This document shows positions 24,767 to 37,829 of a stretch of DNA of 64,000 bases, one piece after another. The DNA is taken from positions 112,530,001-112,594,000 of the forward strand of contig OX597822.1 in NCBI GenBank assembly GCA_951406725.2, written 5' to 3'. Position 1 is the first letter of the stretch, and each line of letters starts with the position of its first letter. This DNA comes from Octopus vulgaris (taxonomy: Eukaryota). The position numbers and the translations under genes were made by a program. A model generated the notes under the pieces. It did not search any database, was not told the origin of the DNA, and saw nothing but the letters and a program-made list of their open reading frames with translations.

Positions 24767-25248
24767 TGTTGTGACGGACAGACAGACGGAGATCCGCTTC
24801 TCTTTTATTTTATAATATAAGATTTTACTGTTGATGTTGGTACAGAATTCTTTCTTGATAAGGTCCACCCATAATTCTTCCAGATTATATTCTTTCGTCT
24901 CATTCCAATTCTTAAACCAAAATGATTTTAAATCTTTCTGACAGGGAAGACATTTTACTAATGTATTGTTTTTGCACCTCCTCCTGTATACAACTTCCGG
25001 TTTGGAAACATACGCGCGCTTAATTTTACTCGTTCTAATTTCTTATCCTGATAACGGAGCGTCTTGAACTTAATTTTCCTTCAAACTTTTAGAATCTCTG
25101 TTCGTTTTGGTTTAATTTTTCACCATTATGATGGCATTTAAATGTCAGATTCTGCGACGCAGATTGTTTTCCCGTTTGTTTCATTATTCACCTACGAGTT
25201 CTGCAACTATGTTCCAGGTGTTCCTCCACTCTGATAGCAGCCTCATCT
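24767..25248 (-). mobile_element. Probable 3' LTR part of the decayed Gypsy element
   Basis: On the minus strand it ends AATAAA...GTCACAACA and lies downstream of the integrase remnant; no matching second LTR seen. Confidence 0.4.
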
Positions 25249-25638
25249 ATGTATGTATGTATGTATGTATGTATGTATGTATGTATGTATGTATGTATGT
25301 ATGTATGTATGTATGTATGCATGCATGTATGTATGTACGTACGTACGTATGTACATATATATGTATGTATGCATATATGTATGTATGTATGTATGCATAT
25401 ATGTATGTATGTATGTATGTATGCATGTATCTATGTATGTATGTATGTATGTATGTATGCATGTATGCATGTATGTATGTATGTATGCATGTATGTATGC
25501 ATGTATGTATGTATGTATGTATGTATGTATGCATGTATGTATGCATGTATGTATGTATGTATGTATGCATGTATGTATGTATGTATGTATGTATGTATGT
25601 ATGTATGCACGTATGTATGTACGTACGTACGTATGTAC

Positions 25639-25669
<31 letters not shown>

Positions 25670-25672
25670 TGT
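25249..25672. repeat. (TATG)n/(CATG) microsatellite
   Basis: Direct reading. Confidence 0.95.
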
Positions 25673-25790
25673 TATTATTCAGTTTTATTTCAAGAGTTCT
25701 TGCTAATAGAGAAAGAACCGGTTTCTATCCTAGATCCAAGGTCCCTTCATTGGAATTTCAACATCAACAAGAGAGCATTTTTCTATATAT
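25673..25790 (-). mobile_element. Short Penelope-like 3' remnant with a divergent hammerhead-like motif and a (CATA)n tail
   Basis: Minus strand CCAATGAAGGGACCTTGGATCTAGGATAGAAACCGGTTCTTTC: GAAA plus palindromic AACCGGTT, but the core is non-canonical. Confidence 0.3.
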
Positions 25791-25805
25791 GTAGGGATAT
25801 ATATA

Positions 25806-25970
25806 TTTTACCGGCGGGGCTTTGGCCGCGAGCGCGCAACCTCGGTACGATCTCACCAAGTTTTCGATATCTCGGTGCATAGACGGCCAATAGTCATAAC
25901 TCCTCATCAGAGCCTTCCTCCTTGCTATTCCTGGATGTTGCATCAGAATATCGTCGTAAATTGAAAAACT
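25806..25970 (-). mobile_element. Ty3/Gypsy integrase zinc-binding (HHCC) domain remnant
   Basis: FSIYDDILM / HPGIARRKALMRSYDYWPSMHRDIENLVRSYRGCALAAKAPPVK. Confidence 0.85.
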
Positions 25971-25978
25971 ACTGGCAT

Positions 25979-26393
25979 ACTCTCTCTTTTTACTCTTTTA
26001 CTTGTTTCAGTCATTTGACTGCGGCCATGCTGGAGCACCGCCTTTAATCGAGCAACTCGACCCCCGGGACTTATTCTTTTTGTAAGCCCAGTACTTATTC
26101 TATCGGTCTCTTTTTGCCGAACCGCTAAGTAACGGGGACATAAACACACCAGCATCGGTTGTCGAGCAATGCTAGGAGGACAAACACAGACACACAAACA
26201 CACACATCCATATATATATACATATATACGACGGGCTTCTTTTCAGTTTCCGTCTACCAAATCCACTCACAAGGCTTTGGTCGGCCCGAGGCTATAGTAG
26301 AAGACACTTGCCCAAGGTGCCACGCAGTGGGACTGAACCCGGAACGATGTGGTTAGTAAACAAGCTACTTACCACACAGCCACTCCTGCGCCT
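25979..26393 (-). mobile_element. SINE family A inserted into Gypsy pol
   Basis: Full-length family A copy separating the integrase and RNase H remnants. Confidence 0.9.
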
Positions 26394-26395
26394 CT

Positions 26396-26915
26396 GAATT
26401 TTTATTGTTTGTTTTTTAAAGCTTCTTTTATTTTCGTAATACACTCATCACCTACATCTTTCATTCTTATATCTTGTGCCGTCAATGGTAGTTCTTGGAT
26501 AACGTTCGTCATAACACTTTTAATTTCACTTTCTGCCTCCAGTACGGCTATAACAGTCTCTTCTAGTGGTTCCATATTTTTTTAGAATTAATCTCGAAAG
26601 GCAGTCTGCATGACCAATTTTTTCAGATGGAATGTATTGCATTTTGAAATTATAATTTAGTAATATTACACCCCAGCCAGTTCGCAGTATGAGTCGGTAA
26701 TCCCTTTTTGGACCCATAAATCGACAGCAAAGGTCTAAGGTCTGTTTGCAATAAAAAAAAAACTTCTTCCATGCAGAAACTTGTGAAATTTTTTAACTGC
26801 AAAAATAATTGCTAGGATCTCCTTTTCAATCTGACTATGTCTCTTCTCAGCCGCTATTAGTGAGCGCGAAACTTGAACCACTGATTTTGTACTTCCGTCT
26901 TCGTATTTATGAAGA
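26396..26915 (-). mobile_element. Ty3/Gypsy RNase H remnant (frameshifted)
   Basis: SRSLIAAEKRHSQIEKEILAIIFAVKKFHKFLHGR..LQTDLRPLLSIYGSKKG..WGVILLNYNFKMQYIPSEKIGHADCLSRLI. Confidence 0.9.
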
Positions 26916-27288
26916 CCTAAGCCTGCCGGATAATTGGTCTAGTAGATTATTTGTCAAATTCATCATTGCCACATACAAGCGACTCTGCTATCCATCCCCG
27001 TGTTACAAAACTGATTAATAATGCAAATAATACTAACATATTCAGCCTAAAGTGAATGAAAGAGGAATGTGTGCTATGAATATAGTCGTCCAAAAAGGAA
27101 CCATAAATGGCAAATGAGAAACTCGGTATCTCTGGAAACAAAGTAACAAGTTCAACGAGTCATTGAGTCATTGTGTGCCTTTACTGGAACCCACTCTGGT
27201 GCAATAATTTCGGCCAATCATTCTCCTGAGTCTTAGAGTTTTAAAACGGGCCGTAGGTACTGACCTATTCTCCTCTAAGTCATGTAAA

Positions 27289-27374
<86 letters not shown>

Positions 27375-27378
<4 letters not shown>

Positions 27379-27631
27379 CAATTCCTATCATAGTAGGTGC
27401 ATTAGGCATGATAAAAAAAATATTCAGACAAATACATAACAAAAACACCAGGACTTACAAACACATATAACATACAGAAAATTGCACTACTAGGCACTGC
27501 ACACATCCTACGCAGAACACTTTCCATACAATAACCATCAGAGCATCACAACAAATCACAGCACATACTCAAGGCACACAGAGCTGCGCTCGGTAGTGAA
27601 GTGAAAGCACGCTATAAAAATAAAACTACTG
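27375..27631 (+). mobile_element. R4/Dong-like (RLE-clade) non-LTR retrotransposon 3' end inserted in (TAA)n
   Basis: KTIPIIVGALGMIKK/YSDKYITKTPGLTNTYNIQKIALLGTAHILRRTLSIQ* matches the R4-clade C-terminus (P.V.GALG...QK.A.LGTA.ILR); (TAA)n on both sides. Confidence 0.85.
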
Positions 27632-28775
27632 AATAATAATAATAATAATAATAATGATAATAATGAATAAATAAATAAGTAAATAAATAAAGATGATGAC
27701 GATGAAGGTTAAAAAGGAAAAAATATCAAGTTCACCGTCTGTAAGAAATATTTACTAAAATTGGCAGGAGAATTGTAAGTTCTGCGGTGAACAATAGTAT
27801 ATCGTTCCTGAGGTCTAAACGATGATTGATTTATGTCCAAACCTATTTTATCAAGACACAAACAAACAGTTGGGAGTTTTGGAAATCTTCCAGAATACCA
27901 TAGCAGTGTCGATTGTATGTAAAATCATGAGTGTATGCGCCATGTACGAATATGTTCACGTCTGTGTTTATTACATTCTAAGTGTTACAGTGTGTCCTTG
28001 ATAGCAACAATTCGCCGCAGTTTTCTTGTTTGCTTTTTCAGAATAATAAAATCAAGTACAAATATGCATCTTACCTCTTTTCCTAGATTTCGAATTGTTG
28101 TATTTGTTATTGTAGCACTTACTGCGGCAATTATTACCGACATTTCTACAATAGTATTTCTTCTTTTGTGTCATATTCTTTTGGACTTAATTCATATTGT
28201 GAGGTGACCGGGGAGGCTTTATAATAAAATTCATGAAATGGTTCAATTTTTGTTGGTTGTAATCATGAAACAACATAGCGACTTCCATTTCCCCCCACAT
28301 TCTGAAGTCGGTCGAAGAGATCAGTCATTAACGAATAATTCTGACCAAGATTGATGGACTACTTGAATCAATTGATCATCGAACGTGACTTAAACATCCT
28401 GTATTAATTTCCATATAGGTCTCGGATTTTTATAGAGAATATATACACAATACATACGATGCCCCAGCATGGCCACAGCCTTAAGGCTGAGACTTATAAA
28501 AGAATAAAAGAATACGCACGCATACACACACACACATACATACATACATACTTTCATTCCTACATACAAACGTGCATACATACATACAAACATACATACA
28601 AACATGAATACATACACACATATATACTTGCATGCATACATACATACACACATATACATGTGCGTGCCCATCTATGTATGATTCTATGTATGTTTCTACA
28701 CGTATATAAATATATGTATTATATACTCATATACATATATGCATATATACATATACATATGTGCATATACATATA

Positions 28776-28810
<35 letters not shown>

Positions 28811-28966
28811 GTCTATATATATATGATATGTGTATATATATATACTATGGACGAACACGCACCTCTCCTATGTATATATATGTGCATGTGTGTATGTGTG
28901 TATATAATATACATGCATACATACATACATTGGCGATTTTCTTCCTTTTTTATTGGACTTTCCTCT

Positions 28967-29002
28967 GTTTCTGAAGAAGAGCGCCTGCTCGAAACGTTAA
29001 AC
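28967..29002 (+). ncRNA. Minimal hammerhead ribozyme motif in a Penelope-like terminal remnant (~28930-29097) between TA-rich microsatellites
   Basis: GTTT-CTGAAGA-A-GAGC gcct GCTC-GAAA-CG-TT-AAAC: canonical core, 4-bp stems I and II, palindromic ACGT. Confidence 0.65.
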
Positions 29003-29100
29003 CCTCTTTCGTTCCTTCACTGAGTGTCTGCTAATACTTTACATGTACCACGTCCTCGCGTTGCTGTTTTTTTCTGTGTTTCTTCTTCGTTTTTTGATAT

Positions 29101-29137
<37 letters not shown>

Positions 29138-29201
29138 ATATATATATGTATATATGTATATAAAGTGTATGTATGTATGTATATATATATATATAAAGTG
29201 A

Positions 29202-29540
29202 AGGCGCATGGCTCAGTGGTTAGAACGTCGAGCTTACGATCGTGAGGTTGTGAGCTCGAATCCCGGACCGGGCTGCGTGTTGTGTTCTTGAGCAAGACAC
29301 TTTATTTCACGTTGCTCCAGTTAACTCAGCTGTAGAAATGAGTTGCGACGTCACAGGTGCCAAGCTGTATCGACCTTTGCCTTTCCCTTGGATAACACTG
29401 GTGGCGTGGAGAGGGGAGGCCGGTATGCATGGGCGATTGCTGGTCTTCCATAAAAAAACCCACCTTGCCCAGACTTGTGACTAGGAGGGTAACTTTCTAG
29501 GTGCAATCCCACGGTCAGTGTCGTGACCGAAGGGGATCCC
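29202..29540 (+). mobile_element. tRNA-derived SINE family C
   Basis: TGGCTCAGTGG (A box) ... GCTCGAATCCC (B box); homologous - copy at 42011-42354. Confidence 0.85.
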
Positions 29541-29548
29541 AGATCCCA

Positions 29549-29669
<121 letters not shown>

Positions 29670-29825
29670 AGGATAAAAAGTCACGTTAATGATTTTTATC
29701 AGGTAGTCAGCATGCTATAAAAATCCATAGGTAATTTATACATTAAATTAATAATAATATATAATGTATATGTATATTATTATTAATTATACACACAAGC
29801 AAACACACACAGACACAGACACAGA

Positions 29826-29889
<64 letters not shown>

Positions 29890-30147
29890 ATAAGGGTGAA
29901 AACTTGAATATTAATTTGATTGATATCAATTTAAAACCAGTGGTCTAGCATATAGAAAAATCTGAAGATTATTCAGAAAAATTATATTACATACATATAG
30001 GAAGGATGACCATTAAGTGGACATCCATTATGCTAGAAGTTGACCTATATGGTCTTACCACTAAGAAAAGATTGTTCTCAAGAAAATTTAGCAAATGCCA
30101 GAACGTAAGCGAGCAAGACAAATGAAAAGATACAAAATATAGAGATT

Positions 30148-30217
30148 AATCACAAACCCGGTTTCTTTGTTACCACTTAAGTAATTACGTAGATGTCCGC
30201 AACTCGTCAGTGTGATC
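30148..30217 (-). ncRNA. Decayed type I hammerhead motif in a Penelope-like remnant (~29892-30430) flanked by (TA)n
   Basis: Minus strand GATCACA-CTGACGA-GTTG...CAAA-GAAA-CCGGG-TT-TGTGATT: 7-bp stem I, canonical core, long loop II, mismatched stem II closing pair. Confidence 0.55.
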
Positions 30218-30611
30218 GTGATAGCAAAATATAATTTGCAGAACTATAAATGAAACGTCCGCATGAGATTGAACATGTATATAGTTCTACCAATTACATT
30301 TGGGGTTATATTTCAAAAGTCTTCGTTTCGGCGCGCCAAAATACCGGAAATAATTCTGCAGAAAATAATTCTCTGCAGAGAATTTTTCCGGTTAATACAA
30401 AATGGAACAATAAATTTGTTCTCTTATATGTAAGTATATATATATATATATATATATATTTGAGAGATTCTTCTTATAGTAGAAAAAAGTAGCTAAGTTC
30501 TTTGGCTGGTATTTCTAAAAGTTCGGTATGTGGCAAAGCAAATGTTTTTGCTGAACCCTAATTATAATTATATTCATAATTATATAAAGTAATATATATA
30601 TATACATACAT

Positions 30612-30648
<37 letters not shown>

Positions 30649-30649
30649 C

Positions 30650-30722
<73 letters not shown>

Positions 30723-30723
<1 letters not shown>

Positions 30724-30905
30724 GGCACAATGGCCCAGTGTTTAGGGCAGCGGACTCACGGTCGTAGGATCGCGGTTTCGATTCCCAGAGCGAGTGTTGT
30801 GAGTGTTTATTGAGCGAAAACACTTAAAAGCACCACGAGGCTCCGGCAGGGGGTGGTGGTGATCCCTGCTGCACTCTTTCGCCTCAACTTTCTCTCACTC
30901 TTCTT
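30723..30905 (+). mobile_element. tRNA-derived SINE family D, 5' part
   Basis: TGGCCCAGTG...GTTTCGATTCCC; homologous to 39307-39679. Confidence 0.8.
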
Positions 30906-30985
30906 TCTGTTGTCCTGCGAAGCGCATTGTGACCAGCGACGTGTAGCAACATCTGATAGCCTGGTCGGTCATGGTGAGCACGGTG

Positions 30986-31018
<33 letters not shown>

Positions 31019-31505
31019 TGTATGTATATTAGTGTGTGTATGTGTGTGTAAGTACATATATAAGTTTGAATATATGTGTGTATGTACACACACACATACA
31101 CAAACACACAGAATCGGATGAAGATTCTGATAGAATGCTTTGAGGAAATGCCAGAGAACTGACGTTGTGGAGGGAAAGGATAAGGGATATGTTTAGTAGC
31201 GAGGCATGGGGATGCGAGTGAACAGAACATGGATAGTGAGAAGAAGCGAGATGAGTGAGCTTGTAATGCCTGAGAAGATGCGGCACAAGGAAGAGCGACC
31301 ATTATAGCGGCAGCAGAAACCCAAGAAAAGGAGCAGAAACCCAAAGGAGACTGAGTGCCTTCTTAGCGCGGTGGAATAAGTAGAAAACGCATAACACCAA
31401 ACGCATAACACCAAATACCATCAAAGGAAATATCATTCTTCGTTCGCATTTCTGTATCACTAAGCTTATCTTTTAAATCTTTCAGCTAATAAAATACTAA
31501 AGAAC

Positions 31506-32177
31506 TGTAGCGGACGCTTAGTGAAATTCTCTCTCTGTCTGTCATATATAACATAGATACGAACGTAGCAGATAACAGCTAACCTTCGGCCGCTTGGACC
31601 CTGTAGTTTCCACTACTCTGATTGGTTGGTATTGGCGCAATTTGTCTTTTGCTCTATTACGCGCCAAATGTGCAACCCAAATAATCTCAGCCTTCTGATA
31701 AGGTCCCGTGACACAGTCTTCTAAATTCTCCGTTGAAGCCTCCTAGTTCCTAGAAAAAGCTAGATCAACAAACCGTATTTCGTCTTTCGGTTCTAGACCT
31801 TCTAAGGTCTAACCACTGACCACAGAGTACACAGCCAGTTCCAGCGACTACACCAGCAACGACATGGAGAAACACATCAACACTTCGTCTAGCAGCATTC
31901 AGGACCTCCATCACCGTCGCCTTCATCTTATCGACGCCACCAACATCTCTGCGTACACAGCTACTTCGCTCTGATCAAATCTTGCACGCACAGACACACA
32001 CTCTGATAACACCCAAATAAAACCTTTCTCTTAACATTCTACGGTTGTGTCGTCTTTCTTTTCCTTCTGGCACTCATACTCATTTATCCATATTTTGGCT
32101 TTTATTGTAAAGCGACCGTGCGATGTATTAAAGGAGTCATTCATTCGTCACCTCTCCTTTCGCACGGTCGTTCTACA
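31506..32177 (+). mobile_element. Solo LTR (Gypsy-type, 4-bp TSD)
   Basis: TGTAG...CTACA termini; TSD GAAC at 31502-31505 and 32178-32181; AATAAA at ~32016. Confidence 0.8.
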
Positions 32178-33066
32178 GAACCAGTAACACTCTAGGGTCA
32201 GTGTAATCGACTAGCCTGCCTACTAAACTAGCGCTCAAATAAAATCCTACTGTTTTAAAGGAGGAAGAGCATTAATTAATGTAATTATAGATACATTGCC
32301 TGAAAATAAGACGGCATGGTCACTAATGGAACGCCTTGTTTTATATGCCTGCCCAATCTGTGATGATCTTGTGCGAAACAGCAAGATTTAATCTAATCTC
32401 AAAATATAAAAATAGTTTTATGGATAACTTCACAGGCAATATCTATCGCCTTAATGTCGACTGCAGTACTATTAAAATAAATTGAAATTGCAGGGTTTGG
32501 CTCCCAAAATTATGTATTAGCGCCCACTTTACTATCTTTACAGCGCTGTTTGAAGGTATCGTGTTATTTGTTGATTGTTTATTCAGATAAATATTAATAT
32601 TAGTCTCAGAAAACCTGGAATAGCTATAAGAAGCGGTGTAATATCGATTAGAGCTATTAATCCTTTATAAGACAACGCTCTCAAGTGTCTCTTTATCACT
32701 CGCCCAAGTTCCAATGATGTGCATCGAATGTAATTCTGACAAAGATTTCGTTTATCATTGAAAATGTGTTGTTTTGTGATTGAAACAGACATGTAAACGC
32801 GAGATGTGTCAACATGAGAAGATAAGCCGTTATTAAATGTTTATCGAGAAGAACAGAACTCGGCTGAAGAGCAAAATGGTGCAGAACGCAGATGGGGTAA
32901 ACAGCATACGATCAGGTCTTCATAAAATAGCGTTTCTAATGCGAATCCGTTGATAGCTCTTTCATTTTATAGAAATGAAGCCACATTGCCAGATGTTCAC
33001 TGCGTGGAATTTTGGGCAAGAATCTTCTACTATAGCCCCAGACAGAAACTGAAAGAAGCTCGTCGA

Positions 33067-33123
<57 letters not shown>

Positions 33124-33801
33124 CACATACACACACACACACACACACACGCACACACACGCGCGCACACGCGTGCACAAATATCTATATGTGTGTATCC
33201 TTGTTTTGTTCCTCACCGCTGCTTGATAACCGGTGCTGGCTTGTTTTTGTCCCTGTAACCTAGTGGTTCGATACAAATAACCGATAGAATAAGTATCAAG
33301 TTTAAAAATGAATACTAGGGTCGGATTCTTTTTTTTTTTTGCTGTAACTTCAGGTTGACTAATTCTTTGTGAATGGAATTTGGCAGACAAAAACTGCAAA
33401 GGCCCCCATTTAGTGTGTTTGAGACAATACAATACAGTATAATATAATATGTATATATGTATACATATGTGTATATATGTGTATGTGTGTGTGTATGTGT
33501 GTGTGTATGTGTGTGTGTGCGCGTTTGTGTGCATGTGAGTTTATGCGCGCGTGTACATATGGACACTAACATTCATGTGTGAACATGAAAGAAGTTGAAC
33601 ATTCTCAAAGTGTAACCCCAAGTTACCCCTTTCCGGCCTTCGGACGATTATGAAAATATAACCTTAGGGAAGAGTTTAAAAGTGGAGATACTTGAATAGC
33701 CAGACACAAATTCTGATTGGATAATATTAAAACAAAAGGTGCTTGTTACCTGACCAGGAACAGTTGTGTACAAAATAAAGCGATAGAGGGAAGAGAAGGA
33801 A

Positions 33802-33916
<115 letters not shown>

Positions 33917-33987
33917 AAGAGAGAAGGAAAGAACTAATGCAAGCATGTAAGTTTTAAAATATGTATATGTAAATATAAACAAATATA

Positions 33988-34205
33988 CGATCGGGTGTTG
34001 AAAAGTTCTTGGCTTTAAAGGTGTCGCGAAAGGCCTGGCTGGAGGTCCAACCTTCCGAGTTCTTTAACAGGGCTTAGAAAAACTGAAGGACCCCTGCAAT
34101 AAGTGTGTGAATCTGACAGGAGAATATGTTGAATAAAATCATAATTAACTGAACCTCCTATATTTTTCTTTTACCCAAAGCCAGGAACTTTCCAGCGCCC
34201 CTTCG
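33988..34205 (+). mobile_element. mariner-derived MITE
   Basis: TA TSD; imperfect ~29-bp TIRs (CGATCGGGTGTTGAAAAGTTCTTGGCTTT / AAAGCCAGGAACTTTCCAGCGCCCCTTCG); retains the transposase C-terminus GLEKLKDPCNKCVNLTGEYVE*. Confidence 0.85.
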
Positions 34206-34978
34206 TAAGTTGAAAATTATTGTAAAATCGAAAGACTGCGTGCAGGTATGACACATACACGCAAACACACTCAGGTACACAGAGACATACAGACACTCAG
34301 ACTGATACGCATGCGCACGCACAAGCACACATATAACACGAATGCATCTGTATAACAGCGATTGCTTTTATATGTGCATTAGCTAGCGGTTCGATATATA
34401 CAGATCAATAAAATAAGTAGCACATTCAAAGAAGTAATGGGGTCGGTATGTTCAAGGAAACCGTTGAAGGTGGTGCCCCAGCTTGGTCGCAATACAATGT
34501 GAGAAAAGAGTAAAAAAATAAAAGAATATAGATTTTGGTTGCATTGTAGAACAATAATATGGAGAATGTCAACTAAAATATTCATTTTCAATCACCAAAA
34601 TTCATTGGCCCATATTCTTATTGATCTTTTAATTACCCCATATCACTATATAAACCATAATATTTTAATAGTACATTGCCCATTCTTATTCACGAAATCG
34701 ATATTTAACTTCATGGGCGCAGATATGTGTTGAAAGGTGGTGACAGGTATAATTAAGAATGGGTTCGGTTACGATTGTGTGTTTAAGAATGGCTGTTGTC
34801 AGGTGTTCGAGTGCCACATGTGGACCGCGTATACTAAACCTCTTTTTTTGTACATAACCATTAGAACAACAATAAAATTACTTTGATGTGCAACGTCGAA
34901 AGTTTATAATAATATCATAAAATGATAAAATATAATATTTAAACTTAGAAAGTGTAGGTTATATACTGAAGGGTAGGA

Positions 34979-35210
34979 AGGCAGCGAGCTGGCAGAAACG
35001 TTAGCACGCTGGGCGAAATGCGTAGCCGTATTTCGTCTGCCGTTACGTTCTGAGTTCAAATTCCACCGAGGTCAACTTTGCCTTTCATCCTTTCGGGGTC
35101 GATAAATTAAGTACCAGTTACGCACTGGAATCAATGTAATCGACTTAATCCGTTTGTCTGTCCTTGTTTGTCCCCTCTATGTTTAGCTCCTTGTGGGTAG
35201 TAAAGAAATA
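34979..35210 (+). mobile_element. SINE family B monomer with ~16-bp TSD
   Basis: TATATACTGAA(G/A)GGTA at 34960-34975 and 35211-35226. Confidence 0.9.
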
Positions 35211-36054
35211 TATATACTGAAAGGTAAACTTTTTCATGCTTTCATTTCTACTTACTAAAAATTCTCATGTATTTGAGTTCATGTTTCATGTTTATTTTCC
35301 AAAATATATTTCCATTTCAAATATTTAATATTTTATATTTTGTCAGTATTAATCCAATAAATATTCGCACCCCAACTTCATTTCATATTCTTGCATCTTG
35401 GGGGCTACTCATGGCCTCGTCTGGGAACTTGTCTCATGAAACATGTCTTATTTAACACATGAAACCAGTCTTATTTTATACAAGAAACCAGTTATGTTCA
35501 TACGTTTAATAGTCTTAATAGATCATGGTTGATACTTTGAGGAGAGTTACGCCCATTTTAAGTAAATGTTTGAGAACCATATGTGGTTCCCAAAACTGAA
35601 AAGGTTTGAGAACGGAACTAAAATGGAAGAAGAACTTTCTCCGGTGTTGTGCCGTGTCTGTCATCCATCGATCTCATTTTCAATAATATCAAATGTAGAA
35701 ATAACATTGACAACCTGTTTATCAACATGCTTTACGTCTATTTGTGGACACACGCTTCATTTGAAATATTTTTTTGTTTCTACAAATAAATCTTTAACTA
35801 TGAACGACCAGTCTATTATCAATTAGTAATGCTATAATTAAAATAAGTTTCAATACGAGAGCATTCATTGGAAGTGATTAACAAAAAATTGGCATGCGAT
35901 GACCATCAGCTTGTTGAGAACATTGTTTAGCGAAGCTTGTCTTTAGCACACTAGAAATATAAGCTTCGTTATCAACGCTAGAAATCAAATTTTCTAGCTG
36001 TTAGCTGTAATAACGATGCATTAATTTGGGATGTTTCTAGAAATATTGACTTCA

Positions 36055-36235
36055 AATTTTAGTACAAGGCCAGCAAATTTGGGACAGGGTGTAAGTCGAT
36101 TATATCGACCTTAAAGTTCAACTGATGCTTATTATCGACCTCGAACTGATGAAAGGCAAAGACGACCTCGGCGGAATTTGAACTTAGAACGTTAAGACAG
36201 ATGGAATGCCGTTAAGCATTTGGCCCGGTGTCTTA
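36055..36235 (-). mobile_element. Older SINE family B copy with CpGs retained
   Basis: Homology to the family B core. Confidence 0.75.
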
Positions 36236-36616
36236 TGTTTCTGGAAATATCACTGCGGAATAACACACAGTATATGCAAACAAATCATCCTTTTGCACAG
36301 TTGCATTCTCTCTTTCAGTGAAACAAATATTCACAAGATTCTTTAGGCAGTTTGAAATTATCGGATTATATTTGCTGAATCTGACATATTGTTCGTTTGA
36401 TTCAAAGCCTCTAACTACAAGAAGACAGCTACAAAATAGTTACAGAATTCTATTGATCCGAGAAAGATACAGATATTTCTTGTGTAAAACCACTCAGACG
36501 AAAAATAATACTTCAGTTGATGCCAGCTCGTCGACAAATATCCGTTCAGAAATATTCTTCTAACTTGTTCTGCCCCTTGCTTATTGCAGAAGAAATCTGA
36601 ATATATAACATAAAAT

Positions 36617-36670
<54 letters not shown>

Positions 36671-37356
36671 TTATGTATGTATTTATGCATGCATGCAGGT
36701 ACATACAGTAATAAAATGCACCTAAGTGTGGTTATAAGTGTAAAAAGAGATCTGCTGCCAAGAAAACGGCAGAGACCTGCCCGAAGAAGAAAAATCAATG
36801 ATCCTTTCTTCATATATCAAGAAACCTACTCTGTGATCATCAAGTTGGCATTAATTCAAACAGGTACACACTCTCCGTCTATATTTAAATCATCTCAGAA
36901 TTGCATTAGTAATCTGTTTCAAGCAAAACCAGACACTTCTCCAAACTCTTCTCTATAGCGATAGAAATTACCGAAATGCATGCAATAGTTACAGAGATTG
37001 GCAGCACGGTAGTTGTCAAAAGGTTGTGGAACTTGGTTTTGTAGTTTCGGTTTCCGAAATCAAGAGTAACTTGATACTTTATCTACTGTGAAGAGTTTCT
37101 CCAAACTTTACCAAAAGTTGTTTTATTTAGACATACAAGAAATATTGTGTGACAGTTCAATAGGCTAATGTGCATGGTATGTTGGACTGTGTGTGACCAC
37201 CAATAAAAGAAGTTGTACAAGTGAAATTCCATCGAATTTTACAATAGTTTCCCATCGGATACAAGTTACCATTTCCTTTCATTATAGTATGAAATGTCCG
37301 AGTTGATATAATGTTTGATTACCAACTTAAAGGTCTTTAGTTCAAACCCATGCAGT

Positions 37357-37829
37357 TGTAGTGACGCTATTTTGGAAGTTTTCAGCGCGCATGCGCAGAG
37401 TTGGATTACTTTCGGTAGGCCGCCGGAAGTTCCCTCATGCGCATGCGCAGAGAACTGCCAACAGAATGTTTTCCCGCTAGATCGGTCTTTTTTGAAGCTG
37501 CAGCCCTATCGAGTGGACACGACTCAACCTTCTCTCAAGGGAAAACCCGACACGCAGAGAAGCCCCCTTCTACGCGGGAACGGAGACAGCATTTTGGCTC
37601 AGACAAGTTAACTATTGTGAATAGTTTTGTGGACTTGGCTACCGGTTCGCCCTGAAGAAAATATACGTGTATATATTTTATTTGCGAATCCAGACAAAAT
37701 AAAGTACTATTTATTACTGTTGAAGATAGTCGAAGTTTTGGTTTTCCTTTCGACACAATTGAATGTAACAGGATAAGACAGACACCCATCAAGTGTTCCT
37801 GAGATCTTCATCCTTCTTATCCTGTTACA
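37357..37829 (+). mobile_element. Solo LTR (4-bp TSD)
   Basis: TGTA...TACA termini; TSD CAGT at 37353-37356 and 37830-37833; AATAAA at ~37698. Confidence 0.78.

Noticed and set aside
27990-28110. Possible piggyBac cysteine-rich C-terminus on the - strand (KRGKMHICT...KKTAANCC)
   Set aside because: Too degenerate; no TTAA or TIR evidence
29202-29275. tRNA-like sequences at SINE heads (also 30723, 39307 and family A heads)
   Set aside because: A/B boxes are present but there is no complete cloverleaf, and they continue into SINE bodies
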